Positions 1-10,259 of a DNA stretch of 64,000 nt are shown here, in pieces; the stretch's first letter is position 1; each line of letters starts with the position of its first letter. Under the pieces are notes generated by a model that saw nothing but the letters and a program-made list of their open reading frames with translations, made no database searches and was not told where the DNA came from. The position numbers were made by a program, and so were the translations under genes. Source of the DNA: a virus; the IMG/VR virus record IMGVR_UViG_3300031787_011371, positions 9,367 through 73,366 of that record. One strand, given 5' to 3'.

Positions 1-1611
1 AGTATCTACAATTGGTTTTATTTCTTTGTAATCTAAACCTAAAATGTTAGTTGCAACTTTTTGTAGTGGTATTGTATTACAAAGTTCTGGTTCTAAATTA
101 GAATCATAAAAACAGCCAACTTTATACATTGCATACAAATTTTCGACAACATCTCCTGGATTTATAAATTCTAATTCTTTATAAGAGCCTTTAAATAAAT
201 CATTTAAAAATGTAGAAACAACAACTTTACAATTGTGTTTCTTTCTAAATTCTTCAACATATGGAATCCAAGCAAGATTATCTCCAATAGAAGACGAATC
301 AATTGCTATATAAACTTTTTTATTATTTAAATCTATTTTTTTATCATAAACAATGTTTCCTTCTGTAGAAACCTTTATATGCCAATCGGTATAATATTGT
401 TTATTTGGCTTACACCATTGACCAACTCCTATTTCTGTTGAAAATACTAATTCGTTATTAATAGAATCGAAAAACTCTACTTTATATTTTCTATTACTAA
501 TACCTTTTAATTCTACTTTTGCACCCATAACAAGATTTATATCTATACCAATCTTTTCTATAGGTTCTCTATATACTTCACCTTTTCTTTTCTTGCTTGA
601 ATTGTATACATTTTTATATAATTCTTTAGTTTCTTTTGAATTATATTCTTTTTTAATGTTTATAATTGATTTATATGAGTCTATCAATCTATTAACTATT
701 TTAGACCAATCGAAATTCTGCCTATCATCGTTACATTTATCAAGATAGCTAGGGTAATTTAATACAACTTTATTAATACCCTTAACAATAGATTCTGTAT
801 TTCTTGTCGTATTAACAAATGCTTTAATTTCTAAACTGCCATCATAAACTCCAACGACTGGCATAAGACAAGAAATTGCCTCTAGTATCGTTAAATTAGG
901 ATGTCCCGCCTCTAATTCTGATGGATGTATAAATATAGAGTGACTTCTATATATTTCTAACAGCTCATCTTCAGATACGTTTCTTGTAATTAAATTCAAC
1001 CCTTCATATTCCAATAAATCCTTATTGTTTTTAAAAAAGTTTAGATTATTTTCAGGTCCAACAATAGTAATTGGTAATCCCAACTCTTTAGCTGCCTCTA
1101 TTGCATATCTAAAACCTTTTCTATCATAAGAATTGTCATCAGAATATCCGTTATTTGCAACACAAAGTAATTTAATATCCTGTTTGAACTTATCTTCATT
1201 TGAAGGGGTGAAATAAGTAATATCAACACCATGACTAATATAGAACAGCTTATCTGTATTTTCAAAAAAGTCTACAAGAAATTCTGCATGGCAAAATGAA
1301 ACAATAGAACCTTTAATGGCTTCTAAATTTTGTTTATATAATTCAGAATCTTTTCCATATCTATAAACATGATGGTCATGCAAAGAAAAAATATATGGAA
1401 TTCCCATTTCTTTTGCTTCTAATGCTAAATTCGCAACATGAATATGTACTATATCGTATTCATTTTGTTTTATCTCATTTAAATATTTTATATCACATAT
1501 ATAACCTTTTGATTCAAAATTTAATTTATAATTCCAAATCACTTTTTCAATTGCCCCCCATCCATTAGGTGGTATTGTTATTATTCCTGGTGTTATTTGT
1601 GTTATTCTCAT
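1..1611 (-). CDS. GT4-family glycosyltransferase fused to an Aah/TibC-like (autotransporter strand-loop-strand O-heptosyltransferase-type) domain; runs off the window
   Basis: Not in the ORF track. ATG at 1611 overlaps the TGA of the upstream gene and the frame is open to position 1. N-term IPPNGWGAIEKVIW...HPSELEAGHPNLTILEA (GT-B); C-term GAKVELKG...WCKPNKQYYTDWHIKV...IDSSSIGDNLAWIPYVEEFRKKHNCKVVVSTF matches the TibC/Aah pattern. Confidence 0.75.
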   Translation of the reverse strand, partial: MRITQITPGIITIPPNGWGAIEKVIWNYKLNFESKGYICDIKYLNEIKQNEYDIVHIHVANLALEAKEMGIPYIFSLHDHHVYRYGKDSELYKQNLEAIKGSIVSFCHAEFLVDFFENTDKLFYISHGVDITYFTPSNEDKFKQDIKLLCVANNGYSDDNSYDRKGFRYAIEAAKELGLPITIVGPENNLNFFKNNKDLLEYEGLNLITRNVSEDELLEIYRSHSIFIHPSELEAGHPNLTILEAISCLMPVVGVYDGSLEIKAFVNTTRNTESIVKGINKVVLNYPSYLDKCNDDRQNFDWSKIVNRLIDSYKSIINIKKEYNSKETKELYKNVYNSSKKRKGEVYREPIEKIGIDINLVMGAKVELKGISNRKYKVEFFDSINNELVFSTEIGVGQWCKPNKQYYTDWHIKVSTEGNIVYDKKIDLNNKKVYIAIDSSSIGDNLAWIPYVEEFRKKHNCKVVVSTFLNDLFKGSYKELEFINPGDVVENLYAMYKVGCFYDSNLEPELCNTIPLQKVATNILGLDYKEIKPIVDT

Positions 1612-3359
1612 CTTAAAACAATATATGAATTTATGTCTTTATTTTCTTTTGCAAATATAAGATTTTCTTTTTCAAAAATCTCTATTTTTTTTGTGTTATT
1701 AGGCAATAAATTATAAGACCAAGTATTTTTGCCGTATAAAATATGCTCTATTTTCAATTCTTCTCCATTATCGTCATTGTACTTTATTACTCTATTTACG
1801 TCTGAATCTCTGTAATTATAGCTTAAAACTGCTATTCCATCAATTGGATTCATATTTATATCAAAAACTTTATAAAACTCAGTTGTACATCCATTATATT
1901 TACTGTTTAAGCTACTTTCAGAAGTTACTGTATTCCATTTTGTTTCTCCAAAATCTGTAATCATGTCAGAGTTAGTTCTAATTATTAAATCATCAACAAC
2001 AGAATTAAGGTTAAGTCTAACATATTGTTCTACTATTTTAAAAACTCTTGGCTCAAAATTTCTTTCAAGATATTGAATATAATCATCTTCTGAATAAATG
2101 TTTTTTACGTTTTTAACAAAAAAATCAATTTCACAAAAGAAATAATGAAATGAAATATCATCTTCATTAAAATAAAACAAACCTTTTTTATTATAATTAT
2201 CACATAAGTTTGGAATGTTTTTCATAAAATTAAATCCTTCTTCTCCTATAATTGCGTCAACTTCTATTCTTTGAAAATATTTATAACCTAAACTTGAAGC
2301 TATATTTAAAGCTCTAAATAAATTTATCATTACAGATAATCCATGCTTCTGTAAACCATTATTTATTATTTCATATATATCTATTGTATCATTTCTTTTC
2401 CATAAAACAAATGGTTCAGTATCAAATTTTTCTTCAGAAAATAATTTATTATTTTTATCATAGAAATAAAAATCTACTAAATCTATTATTTCTTTTTTAA
2501 TTGTTGTATTTGAAATTAATAATACATCATTATTATTTTCTTTTAATGATTTTACACATTCAAAAAGTCTATTTTCTATTTCTTCAGAATGTACATAACA
2601 ATCTATTATTGTAATTGGTTTAAGTTTTAAATTCATACTATTTTTATGTCTTTCTTTTAATAAATTCTTCATTGATTCATGAGTTTTTTCTTTTTCATCA
2701 CTATTAAGAGAAGTTAGTACTCCTCCAAAATGTTCTCTATAAACTCCACCATACCAATCATCATTTTTAATTAATCCATGTAAAGACAATTCATAATTTA
2801 ATGCGTAATCAAGATAAGGTAATTTATCCATATAATCTTTATATATGCCTTTTATGTTTCTAAATACTCTTCCGAAACCAACATAATTGTTATCAAAAAG
2901 TTGTTCAGTTTTTACCGTTTCAAATAAAGACCAAAATGTAGAAACTCCATCTCCTGGTATATATTCATTTTCACCCCTTAATATACAATATCCAGTTCCA
3001 TACATAACATAATCTTTATTTTCATCAAGAAAATCAACTTGTTTTTGAAGTTTATATGGGTCTACATAATAGTCATCTCCATCCAAATATGCTACATATT
3101 CTCCTTTGGCTTGCTCAAGTAAAAATCTAATATTTTTATGAACTCCCCAATTTTCTGTAGCTTCATGAACTATTAAATTTGGAAAATAATTTTTTAATCT
3201 TAATAATATTTTATCAGAACCATCTTTAGAAAAATCATCTCTAACTATAACTTCATAGTCAAAATTAGTTTTTTGATTAAGAACAGTCAATAAATTTACT
3301 TCTAAAAATTTAGCAAATTTATAAGCTGGTATTATTACGCTTAATTTTATGGTCTCCAT
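1608..3359 (-). CDS. GT2 glycosyltransferase with an additional C-terminal domain
   Basis: LSVIIPAY, EVIVRDDFSKDGS, GEYVAYLDGDDYY..PYKLQKQVDFL GT-A motifs. Confidence 0.85.
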   Translation of the reverse strand: METIKLSVIIPAYKFAKFLEVNLLTVLNQKTNFDYEVIVRDDFSKDGSDKILLRLKNYFPNLIVHEATENWGVHKNIRFLLEQAKGEYVAYLDGDDYYVDPYKLQKQVDFLDENKDYVMYGTGYCILRGENEYIPGDGVSTFWSLFETVKTEQLFDNNYVGFGRVFRNIKGIYKDYMDKLPYLDYALNYELSLHGLIKNDDWYGGVYREHFGGVLTSLNSDEKEKTHESMKNLLKERHKNSMNLKLKPITIIDCYVHSEEIENRLFECVKSLKENNNDVLLISNTTIKKEIIDLVDFYFYDKNNKLFSEEKFDTEPFVLWKRNDTIDIYEIINNGLQKHGLSVMINLFRALNIASSLGYKYFQRIEVDAIIGEEGFNFMKNIPNLCDNYNKKGLFYFNEDDISFHYFFCEIDFFVKNVKNIYSEDDYIQYLERNFEPRVFKIVEQYVRLNLNSVVDDLIIRTNSDMITDFGETKWNTVTSESSLNSKYNGCTTEFYKVFDINMNPIDGIAVLSYNYRDSDVNRVIKYNDDNGEELKIEHILYGKNTWSYNLLPNNTKKIEIFEKENLIFAKENKDINSYIVLR

Positions 3360-3982
3360 ATTCCTATGCCTCCAAATCCCTGTGAGTGTACACCGTTTAA
3401 CTTAACCTTTCCAGACGATTTTGTACAAACTAAATTTGTTTTTGTGCCTTCATTTAAATCTTCCCAAAACTTATATACTTGTCCAGCATAACTATCTGCA
3501 AATATATGATTTGGGTCTATATCGTGAAATGCTATTACACCTCTTGGAGATAGTAATTTTTTGTAAATTTCAAAATCTCTTCTTACTCCATCATATGTAT
3601 GGTCTCCATCAATAAAAATAAAATCAAATTGTGGGCAAAAATCTTTTACTTTATTAAACATTTCTTCAGTTTGAGAATTGCCTTGAAAAAATTTCCATTC
3701 TTCACCATACATAAAATGATGTATTATAGCCTCTCTTGGCTCTATGTCTATTGATACTTTTTTTCCTGTGGACAATTTTGACATAATCCAAAAGGTTGAA
3801 CCCATAGTTCCAATCTCAAGAATGTTATGAGGCTTAAATCCTTTCATCCAATATGATAAATTTAATATTTCTTCATATACCTGCATAAATATGCATCTAT
3901 CCATTAATTCTGCATTTAAACAGTAGTCAACCAATTTTTTTGGGTCTAATAGCAATTTGTCTTTTTCTTTTTCTTCATTCAT
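3347..3982 (-). CDS. Class I SAM methyltransferase (Methyltransf_24-like)
   Basis: ILEIGT, FDFIFIDGDHTYDGVRRDF, GVIAFHDI; ATG at 3982 preferred over TTG at 4012. Confidence 0.85.
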   Translation of the reverse strand: MNEEKEKDKLLLDPKKLVDYCLNAELMDRCIFMQVYEEILNLSYWMKGFKPHNILEIGTMGSTFWIMSKLSTGKKVSIDIEPREAIIHHFMYGEEWKFFQGNSQTEEMFNKVKDFCPQFDFIFIDGDHTYDGVRRDFEIYKKLLSPRGVIAFHDIDPNHIFADSYAGQVYKFWEDLNEGTKTNLVCTKSSGKVKLNGVHSQGFGGIGIWRP

Positions 3983-4017
3983 TTTTATTAATTTTAATAT
4001 TTTATAAATCAATTTTA

Positions 4018-4827
4018 TTAATTACAATTATTTAGAGTATAAGAACTTTGGCTTTCGTCCCAAGCCAAATTTATTACCATAAATTTTTCGTGACAATATG
4101 TTTTCCATTTTTTAGACCATCTTATTGCAAATTCAAGTTCTGTCCTCATATTGTTTATGTCATAACTTGTAGAAAACTCTCCAATTGACAAAAGTTTGTT
4201 TACATCATGAATACCAGGCCTTAAAGAAAAATGTGGCCAATTTATATACATCATCCAAAAATTATCTCCATTAAGAGCTTGTATTGCAGAAGATTCGTCT
4301 TTGAATAAATGCATATTTAATGGTAATTCTGGCTTATAAATCCATTCCCAAAAACAAATATTATTAACACGGAAAGTTTTAGGTTTATATTCATTTGGGA
4401 ATTTTTTGTATGATTGAAAATAACTTACATAACCACAATCATCATTAAAATTTAAAACTCTAATACCAGTTTCTATATCAAAAAAATCAACAAACAAATA
4501 ATCGTCTTCAAGATGAAAACAAAAATCTGTATTTGTTTCATCCAAAACTTCTCTCCATCTATTTAATATTCTTGAATGTCTATAAGAATCTGGGAATGTG
4601 TCTTGATAAAAATGTTCTATTATTAAGTTTTTTTCTGGAAATAGTTCTTTTAATAATTTTTCCATTTCTAATTTATCTTCTTCTTTTGAAGAATCATCAA
4701 AAAATATTACATTGTCTATCTCATCTAAATCTCTACAAAAAACAACGAAAGACTTAAGCACTCTTTTAAGTAGAGGTAATCTTTTACATGAAGTTATTGA
4801 AAGTGATACTGTTTTATTTAGAATCAT
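4018..4827 (-). CDS. GT-A (GT2-like) glycosyltransferase
   Basis: SITSCKR..LL, IFFDDSS, FCFHLEDDYLF, WPHFSLRPG. Confidence 0.7.
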   Translation of the reverse strand: MILNKTVSLSITSCKRLPLLKRVLKSFVVFCRDLDEIDNVIFFDDSSKEEDKLEMEKLLKELFPEKNLIIEHFYQDTFPDSYRHSRILNRWREVLDETNTDFCFHLEDDYLFVDFFDIETGIRVLNFNDDCGYVSYFQSYKKFPNEYKPKTFRVNNICFWEWIYKPELPLNMHLFKDESSAIQALNGDNFWMMYINWPHFSLRPGIHDVNKLLSIGEFSTSYDINNMRTELEFAIRWSKKWKTYCHEKFMVINLAWDESQSSYTLNNCN

Positions 4828-4833
4828 AATTAT

Positions 4834-5418
4834 TTATTTTATTTTTGCTGGCACACCTACGTAAATTCCTGATTTAATAGCATCTTTAACTAAGCATGCT
4901 AAAGCTCCTACTGTTATATTATCTTTAATTGAAACTTTTTCTTTTATGACTGAATTTGAGCCTAAATATACATAATTGCCAATTTCAACATTCCCAGAAA
5001 CTATTGACCCTGGCATGGCGCTAAAAAAATCTCCTATTTTAGAGTCATGACCTATTTGAACTCCTCTGTTCAATATTGCATGTTTACCTATGTTTACATT
5101 ACAAGTTATCATACTGTTAGCTCCAATGAAACTTCCTTCTCCTACCTTAAAATCTTGTCCAAATATTTGTGCGCTTGGATGTATAAAAGTAAAAAATTTA
5201 GTTTCTTTTGGTAGTTTGTCAAAAATTTTTTTTCTATCTTCTGAATCTCCAACAGCTATCATTATTGTATATTTATTTGGGTCAAATTCAGACAATGGTT
5301 TAACGTTTGAATCCGAATTATCCCAATATTCATCATCAACAAATCTAATCATTGTTTTTAAGTTCATCTGAGCTATAACTTCTCTAGCATGACCTCCGTT
5401 TCCTATTAATGCTTTCAT
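4834..5418 (-). CDS. Sugar N/O-acetyltransferase, NeuD/PglD/PerB family (left-handed beta helix)
   Basis: LIGNGGHAREV, IAVGD, IHPSA, hexapeptide repeats, C-term YVGVPAK. Confidence 0.9.
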   Translation of the reverse strand: MKALIGNGGHAREVIAQMNLKTMIRFVDDEYWDNSDSNVKPLSEFDPNKYTIMIAVGDSEDRKKIFDKLPKETKFFTFIHPSAQIFGQDFKVGEGSFIGANSMITCNVNIGKHAILNRGVQIGHDSKIGDFFSAMPGSIVSGNVEIGNYVYLGSNSVIKEKVSIKDNITVGALACLVKDAIKSGIYVGVPAKIK

Positions 5419-6044
5419 TGTTTATAAATTTCATATTTTGATAAATCTGGATATGGCAATTCTAAGTCTTCCATTTGTTTTTTTGAACCGTCTAAATTAT
5501 AAAATTGAGGCATCATATGTAGACCTCTTGCGGCCAACTCTGGAATCATGTAAAAGTTCCATCCTAGCATATCAAAATAATCATCATGATAAGAACACTC
5601 CCTTCTACCGCTAAACCTTGCTCTTTTGAACCATAGATATGCTTCATAGTCATCTGTTAGTATTGCACCTCCTTTTGATAATTTTAAATGCTTATATGGA
5701 CCTGTAAAAGATATACACATATGAGTTCCTTTTATGTACATGTCTGCAGTAAATCTAAGTGCAGAATCCCAAACTTTTGTTGGCTTAAGTTGATAAGCTC
5801 CTTTTATTGTTTTTTTATTTGTTTTTATAAATTTTACTTTTCCTCCTGCATGTATTATTTCGCAAGGAACAGAAGGGTATGTTCTTGATGGTATTTCAAT
5901 TTCTTGGTCTTTTATCTTCTCGTAATAAAGTGCCAAAAATAATGCGTTACTCATATTATCAAGAGCGATAACATAAGGTGCTCCAGTATAATCGCTTAAA
6001 GCTTTTTCGAATTCTTCTGTTATTTTATGTACTCCGTTTGCCAT
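5415..6044 (-). CDS. DegT/DnrJ/EryC1/StrS-family PLP aminotransferase, short form
   Basis: FEKALSDYTGAPY, TYPSVP..I..AGG, SFTGPYKHLKLSKGGAILTDD (PLP lysine), GWNFYM. Confidence 0.8.
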   Translation of the reverse strand: MANGVHKITEEFEKALSDYTGAPYVIALDNMSNALFLALYYEKIKDQEIEIPSRTYPSVPCEIIHAGGKVKFIKTNKKTIKGAYQLKPTKVWDSALRFTADMYIKGTHMCISFTGPYKHLKLSKGGAILTDDYEAYLWFKRARFSGRRECSYHDDYFDMLGWNFYMIPELAARGLHMMPQFYNLDGSKKQMEDLELPYPDLSKYEIYKQ

Positions 6045-6068
6045 AATATTAAAAATTGTTAAATATTT

Positions 6069-7346
6069 TTAATTCTTACAAAAAATTAAATTATCTATAG
6101 TTTTATGAAGTAATTTAAAATTCATATCTTTTAGGTATGAAATAATTTGTAACTCAGTATTTTCATCTATGAATTCAATACAAATTAATTTAACATTAAA
6201 TTTTATTAAATCTATTTGTTTTAAAACTATAAAATCATAACCTTCACAATCAATATTTATAAAATCAAAATTATATTCTTCTAAATTTTCTTTTTTTATA
6301 AAATCACTAAAAGTATAGAAGTCACAAAAAACTTCAGTCCAATTCATGCCTGTAAATCTATTCCTTTCATCAGAAATTAGAGTTGATAGAATTGATGCTG
6401 GAGCTTCACTGTTAACCCAGTCTCCGCTTTCGTAAAATTTTAATTTACCTGTTATATCAGATATTCCATAATTACACAGTAATATTTTTTCATTATTAAT
6501 GTAATTGTCTTTTAGTTTATTAAATGCTTTAACGCTAGGTTCAAGGCAGACTCCAGACCAACCATTTAGTGACAAACTGTATGTATTACTAAAAGAAATT
6601 CCATCATTAGCTCCAATGTCTAAAAATCTTAATTTAGATGAGTCTTGATTTTCAAAATATTTTTCTATTATTTCTTGTTCTTCATTTTGAGAATAAATTA
6701 TTTTTTCGGTAGACTTTATATAATAATTGTCGCCCCAAGAACCTCCATTAACAACAAACCAATATTCTTTGTGGAATCCAAATTCTTTTAAATAATCACT
6801 AATTTCTTGTTCTGTAGGATTTCCCACATACATTTCTCCAAAATTTATTTCAACCTTAATAACTTTTAAATTTTGACTTTTTAATAAATCGCCCATACCA
6901 TTTAAAATTTTCAAATCGGCACCTTGACAATCTAAAACAAGCATATCTATTTCATTCCAATAAAAATCATTTTGCTTTTTTATATATTCATCAAACCTTT
7001 TTGCTATAGAAAACATTTTATCGGTAACACATATTTCTGGATATGATTCAATGCATTTTTTGCCAATATCCATAAAAGAAGAACTTTCTTCATTATTTGT
7101 AATATTAAAAACTACTAATTGGTCATTTGAATCAGAAAGAACTAAAGGTATATAAACATTTTCAAAATTAAATTTTGAAGTATTTTTAATAAGTCTATTT
7201 AATAAATTATAGTTTCCCTCAACCCACACAACTTTCTCAACACCCAAAGTATCATATGAACTAGATTCTTGTCCAATACAAGCTCCTATATGACAAACAT
7301 TTTTAATGTTATAATTTATAATTATATCTTTTTCTATCTGCTCCAT
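6069..7346 (-). CDS. Tandem double FkbM-family methyltransferase
   Basis: Two units: HIGACIGQE...LDCQGADLKILNG and FLDIGANDG..SNT...INIDCEGYDF. Confidence 0.85.
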   Translation of the reverse strand: MEQIEKDIIINYNIKNVCHIGACIGQESSSYDTLGVEKVVWVEGNYNLLNRLIKNTSKFNFENVYIPLVLSDSNDQLVVFNITNNEESSSFMDIGKKCIESYPEICVTDKMFSIAKRFDEYIKKQNDFYWNEIDMLVLDCQGADLKILNGMGDLLKSQNLKVIKVEINFGEMYVGNPTEQEISDYLKEFGFHKEYWFVVNGGSWGDNYYIKSTEKIIYSQNEEQEIIEKYFENQDSSKLRFLDIGANDGISFSNTYSLSLNGWSGVCLEPSVKAFNKLKDNYINNEKILLCNYGISDITGKLKFYESGDWVNSEAPASILSTLISDERNRFTGMNWTEVFCDFYTFSDFIKKENLEEYNFDFINIDCEGYDFIVLKQIDLIKFNVKLICIEFIDENTELQIISYLKDMNFKLLHKTIDNLIFCKN

Positions 7347-9283
7347 TATTTTTTTCTTTTTGTAACAAGAACTCCGTGTTCACAATTAATATCAACTTTT
7401 AATTTATTTGCCATATCTAATTTATAGAATTCACATTCAAAACCATAAGATTCAAGCTTATCTACCATATCTCTAAGTTGACCTTTGTTTTGGTGGAATT
7501 CTATTAAAAATTTATCAATAATATTCATATGTTCAGGAGTTAAGGATTTAATTAAATCATATTCCCCTCCTTCAATATCACATTTAAATAATGATATTCT
7601 TTCAATATTGTTTTCTGCTACAATTTCATTCATTGTAACTGTTTCAAGTTCCATTGTTGAGTCTAATTCTTCATAGCCACTTACACTAGAATCCATCACT
7701 ATTGTGCCTATTGTTGAATTTGAACTTGAATAATTGAAATTTACAATTTTCTTTTCCTCAAACAGCGGAGCTAAATATACAGGAGACCTCTCTAAATCTG
7801 AACCCATAACAGTCTCTATACTCTTCTTTATGAGTGGATTTGCTTCTACTAATATAACTTTCTTTGCATTTTTGCTGTACATATACTTTGCAAATAAACC
7901 GATATTTGCCCCAATATCCAACACTAAATCTAAATCATTAAGATTGAAACCACCGTAAATATCATCCGCAAAAAACTCTATATAATTTCTATAGCTACAA
8001 TCAAATGGCATAAAACTTATAGGAGCAAGTCTTGGTAGTATATCGTTTACAACAATTGTCTCCGAGTGCTTTAGATTATTGTTTTCATCATAGAAATCAA
8101 GTAAAAAACCTCTAAAGTTTGGGTTTTGATAAAATTTAAAGATGTGAGCTGGGATTGGGATAATAAACCAACCAGTATCTTTTGAAGCTTGAAATTCGAA
8201 CCAATACATCGGTGCTCCAGAAGTCATACATTTCACAGAAACATTCAATTTTATTGGAGTTTCTCCATGATAGTTTATTGTTATTTTATTTTCATCTCGC
8301 TCGTAAGCAGTACTAAATAAGCCATTCATATTTTCTAATTTAAATAATTTAATAATTTTTTGTGCATCCTCATCTAAGTCACCACTTAAGAACGTTATAT
8401 TTTCATAGTTATCATATTTGCCACAATAGACATCAAGATTAAACATCATCATTGGCATATTATATTCTAGAGCCTCTTTTATAGCTATAGGGTTTAATTC
8501 TTTATTATTTTTATCTCCTCTTGAAGTAAATAAAAATAAATCACTAGCTTCTAAAAAGTCATTTACATCTGACCTTTCACCCCAAACAATACAATTTTCT
8601 GGTTTATTTGTCATTAACGGCTTCCAATAATCTGCAAAATTATCAGCTTGATTTCCTATAAAATGAAATTTAATTTTAAAGTCTTCTAACTTTTTAGCTA
8701 ACTCAAAAATATATTTTTGGTTTTTTCTTGGAGTAAACAATCCAACATTTACAACATGCTTCCAGCTTTTATCAAATGACAACTTATCTTTAGCATAAGG
8801 ATTTTTGTTTCTAAAATTTACAGGATATTCAATTATATTATATGGAATATCAAAATTTAAATATCTAAGAGCGTTAAAAATAGAAACAAAGATAAAACTA
8901 TCAGGAAGCCATCTTTTATGTTCAGGATTAAAAGAAGAATCATGAGTTGTTTCGTATATTACATATTTCCTATCATTTTTGTAAATTTTTTCAGTTAATG
9001 AGTCATTCATGAAAAATTCAGGAAACTCTTCCATGGATATTATGTCTGGTTGGAAATCTTCTATAATATCAATCAAATCAAATTTATTTTCTCCTAAAGA
9101 TATAAATTTATTTCCTAATATAGATGAAATTTTATTTCTTTGTACAACGAATTCAGGAGCAACGAAATCATGCTCAATACACATAATTTCATATTCGTCT
9201 CTAAGCATTTCTATTTTACTTAAAGTAAATTGTGGAGCTCCGCCAGTAGATAAATGTGGTGTTATGAATAATATTTTTTTCAT
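7346..9283 (-). CDS. GT4 glycosyltransferase - FkbM methyltransferase fusion
   Basis: TPHLSTGGAPQ, VGLFTPRKNQ, ELNPIAIKEA (GT-B); C-term LDIGANIGLF, KCDIEGGEY, IEFH (FkbM). Confidence 0.85.
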   Translation of the reverse strand: MKKILFITPHLSTGGAPQFTLSKIEMLRDEYEIMCIEHDFVAPEFVVQRNKISSILGNKFISLGENKFDLIDIIEDFQPDIISMEEFPEFFMNDSLTEKIYKNDRKYVIYETTHDSSFNPEHKRWLPDSFIFVSIFNALRYLNFDIPYNIIEYPVNFRNKNPYAKDKLSFDKSWKHVVNVGLFTPRKNQKYIFELAKKLEDFKIKFHFIGNQADNFADYWKPLMTNKPENCIVWGERSDVNDFLEASDLFLFTSRGDKNNKELNPIAIKEALEYNMPMMMFNLDVYCGKYDNYENITFLSGDLDEDAQKIIKLFKLENMNGLFSTAYERDENKITINYHGETPIKLNVSVKCMTSGAPMYWFEFQASKDTGWFIIPIPAHIFKFYQNPNFRGFLLDFYDENNNLKHSETIVVNDILPRLAPISFMPFDCSYRNYIEFFADDIYGGFNLNDLDLVLDIGANIGLFAKYMYSKNAKKVILVEANPLIKKSIETVMGSDLERSPVYLAPLFEEKKIVNFNYSSSNSTIGTIVMDSSVSGYEELDSTMELETVTMNEIVAENNIERISLFKCDIEGGEYDLIKSLTPEHMNIIDKFLIEFHQNKGQLRDMVDKLESYGFECEFYKLDMANKLKVDINCEHGVLVTKRKK

Positions 9284-9287
9284 ATAA

Positions 9288-9318
9288 CAAATATACGAAA
9301 AAAATATATGTTTTCAAA
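9288..9318 (-). promoter_or_regulatory. Bacteroidota sigma-A-type promoter for glycan cluster I
   Basis: Minus strand TTTG-N19-TATATTTG just upstream of the ATG at 9283; matches the -33/-7 consensus TTTG-N19-21-TAnnTTTG. Confidence 0.7.
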
Positions 9319-9332
9319 TGTTTATAAAGAAT

Positions 9333-10214
9333 TTAACCAGGTATACCTTGAGTTATTGAATCAAAATTTTGATTATTATTAATTGTATTCCTTTTTTCTC
9401 TTATATCTATACTTCCTTGACTAAATTGTTTTTTTCTTGTATATAAATTATATTGTCTATAAACATTATTATTTTCGTCAAAATAAGTTAATATTCCAGT
9501 CTCATTATCTCTTGTTGTATTTCCATATAGAGCATAAGAAAGGGTTTTTATATCATGTTCTACCATTTCTACTTCTATATGAACTGGGTCAAAGTAAGTG
9601 TTAGTCATTAATATGTTTTGTCCAGCATATCCTATATCTGGAATACCTTCACCAGACACTAAACTTCCTTCATCTGGAGTTACTGTTAAAAATAAATTAC
9701 TTCCTGTAGAGTCAAGAACATATGTAGTCGCCCCTCTATTTACAGTTGTTGTATTTACAGCTGGACTTACAAGGTCACTACTAGTAACTATTCTGTTTAG
9801 ATTTTTTACCTTTAAACCATCTCTATCAAAATACTCAATTGACCATCCAACTAAAGAATTTGTACCTCTAAATTGAGCTGCTGGTATTATTATACCTTTT
9901 TTAGAAAGTTGTACACCATTTTCATCTTCAGTTACAACATAAGAACAGTCTCTAATTGTTACTTGAAAAGTTTTAGGCTTTATAAGAACTGAATAAAAAC
10001 CAATTTGATTAAAAGTATTTGCTGGTAATCTTAATTTATACATGCCATCAGCTCCAAGCATTTTTAATAAATCGGCTTCTGAAATTGAATTAAAAAGAGG
10101 CTTAAATGTAACTTCTCCCAAATCCTCTCTACTTGGACTATACGCATATAGAACATCAACATCTGATGCTGTAACGTCTGCTAATTTTTTAGTACCATAT
10201 ATACCAACACTCAT
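9333..10214 (-). CDS. Putative virion (baseplate/tail-associated) structural protein
   Basis: Beta-rich; last gene of the baseplate block; upstream TATTTATA motif. Confidence 0.5.
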   Translation of the reverse strand: MSVGIYGTKKLADVTASDVDVLYAYSPSREDLGEVTFKPLFNSISEADLLKMLGADGMYKLRLPANTFNQIGFYSVLIKPKTFQVTIRDCSYVVTEDENGVQLSKKGIIIPAAQFRGTNSLVGWSIEYFDRDGLKVKNLNRIVTSSDLVSPAVNTTTVNRGATTYVLDSTGSNLFLTVTPDEGSLVSGEGIPDIGYAGQNILMTNTYFDPVHIEVEMVEHDIKTLSYALYGNTTRDNETGILTYFDENNNVYRQYNLYTRKKQFSQGSIDIREKRNTINNNQNFDSITQGIPG

Positions 10215-10232
10215 AATTCTTTTTTATTTAAT

Positions 10233-10240
10233 TATAAATA
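10233..10240 (-). promoter_or_regulatory. Putative late promoter TATTTATA
   Basis: Recurrent motif upstream of structural genes; 18 nt before the ATG at 10214. Confidence 0.5.
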
Positions 10241-10259
10241 TAATCAATTAAAATTATTT

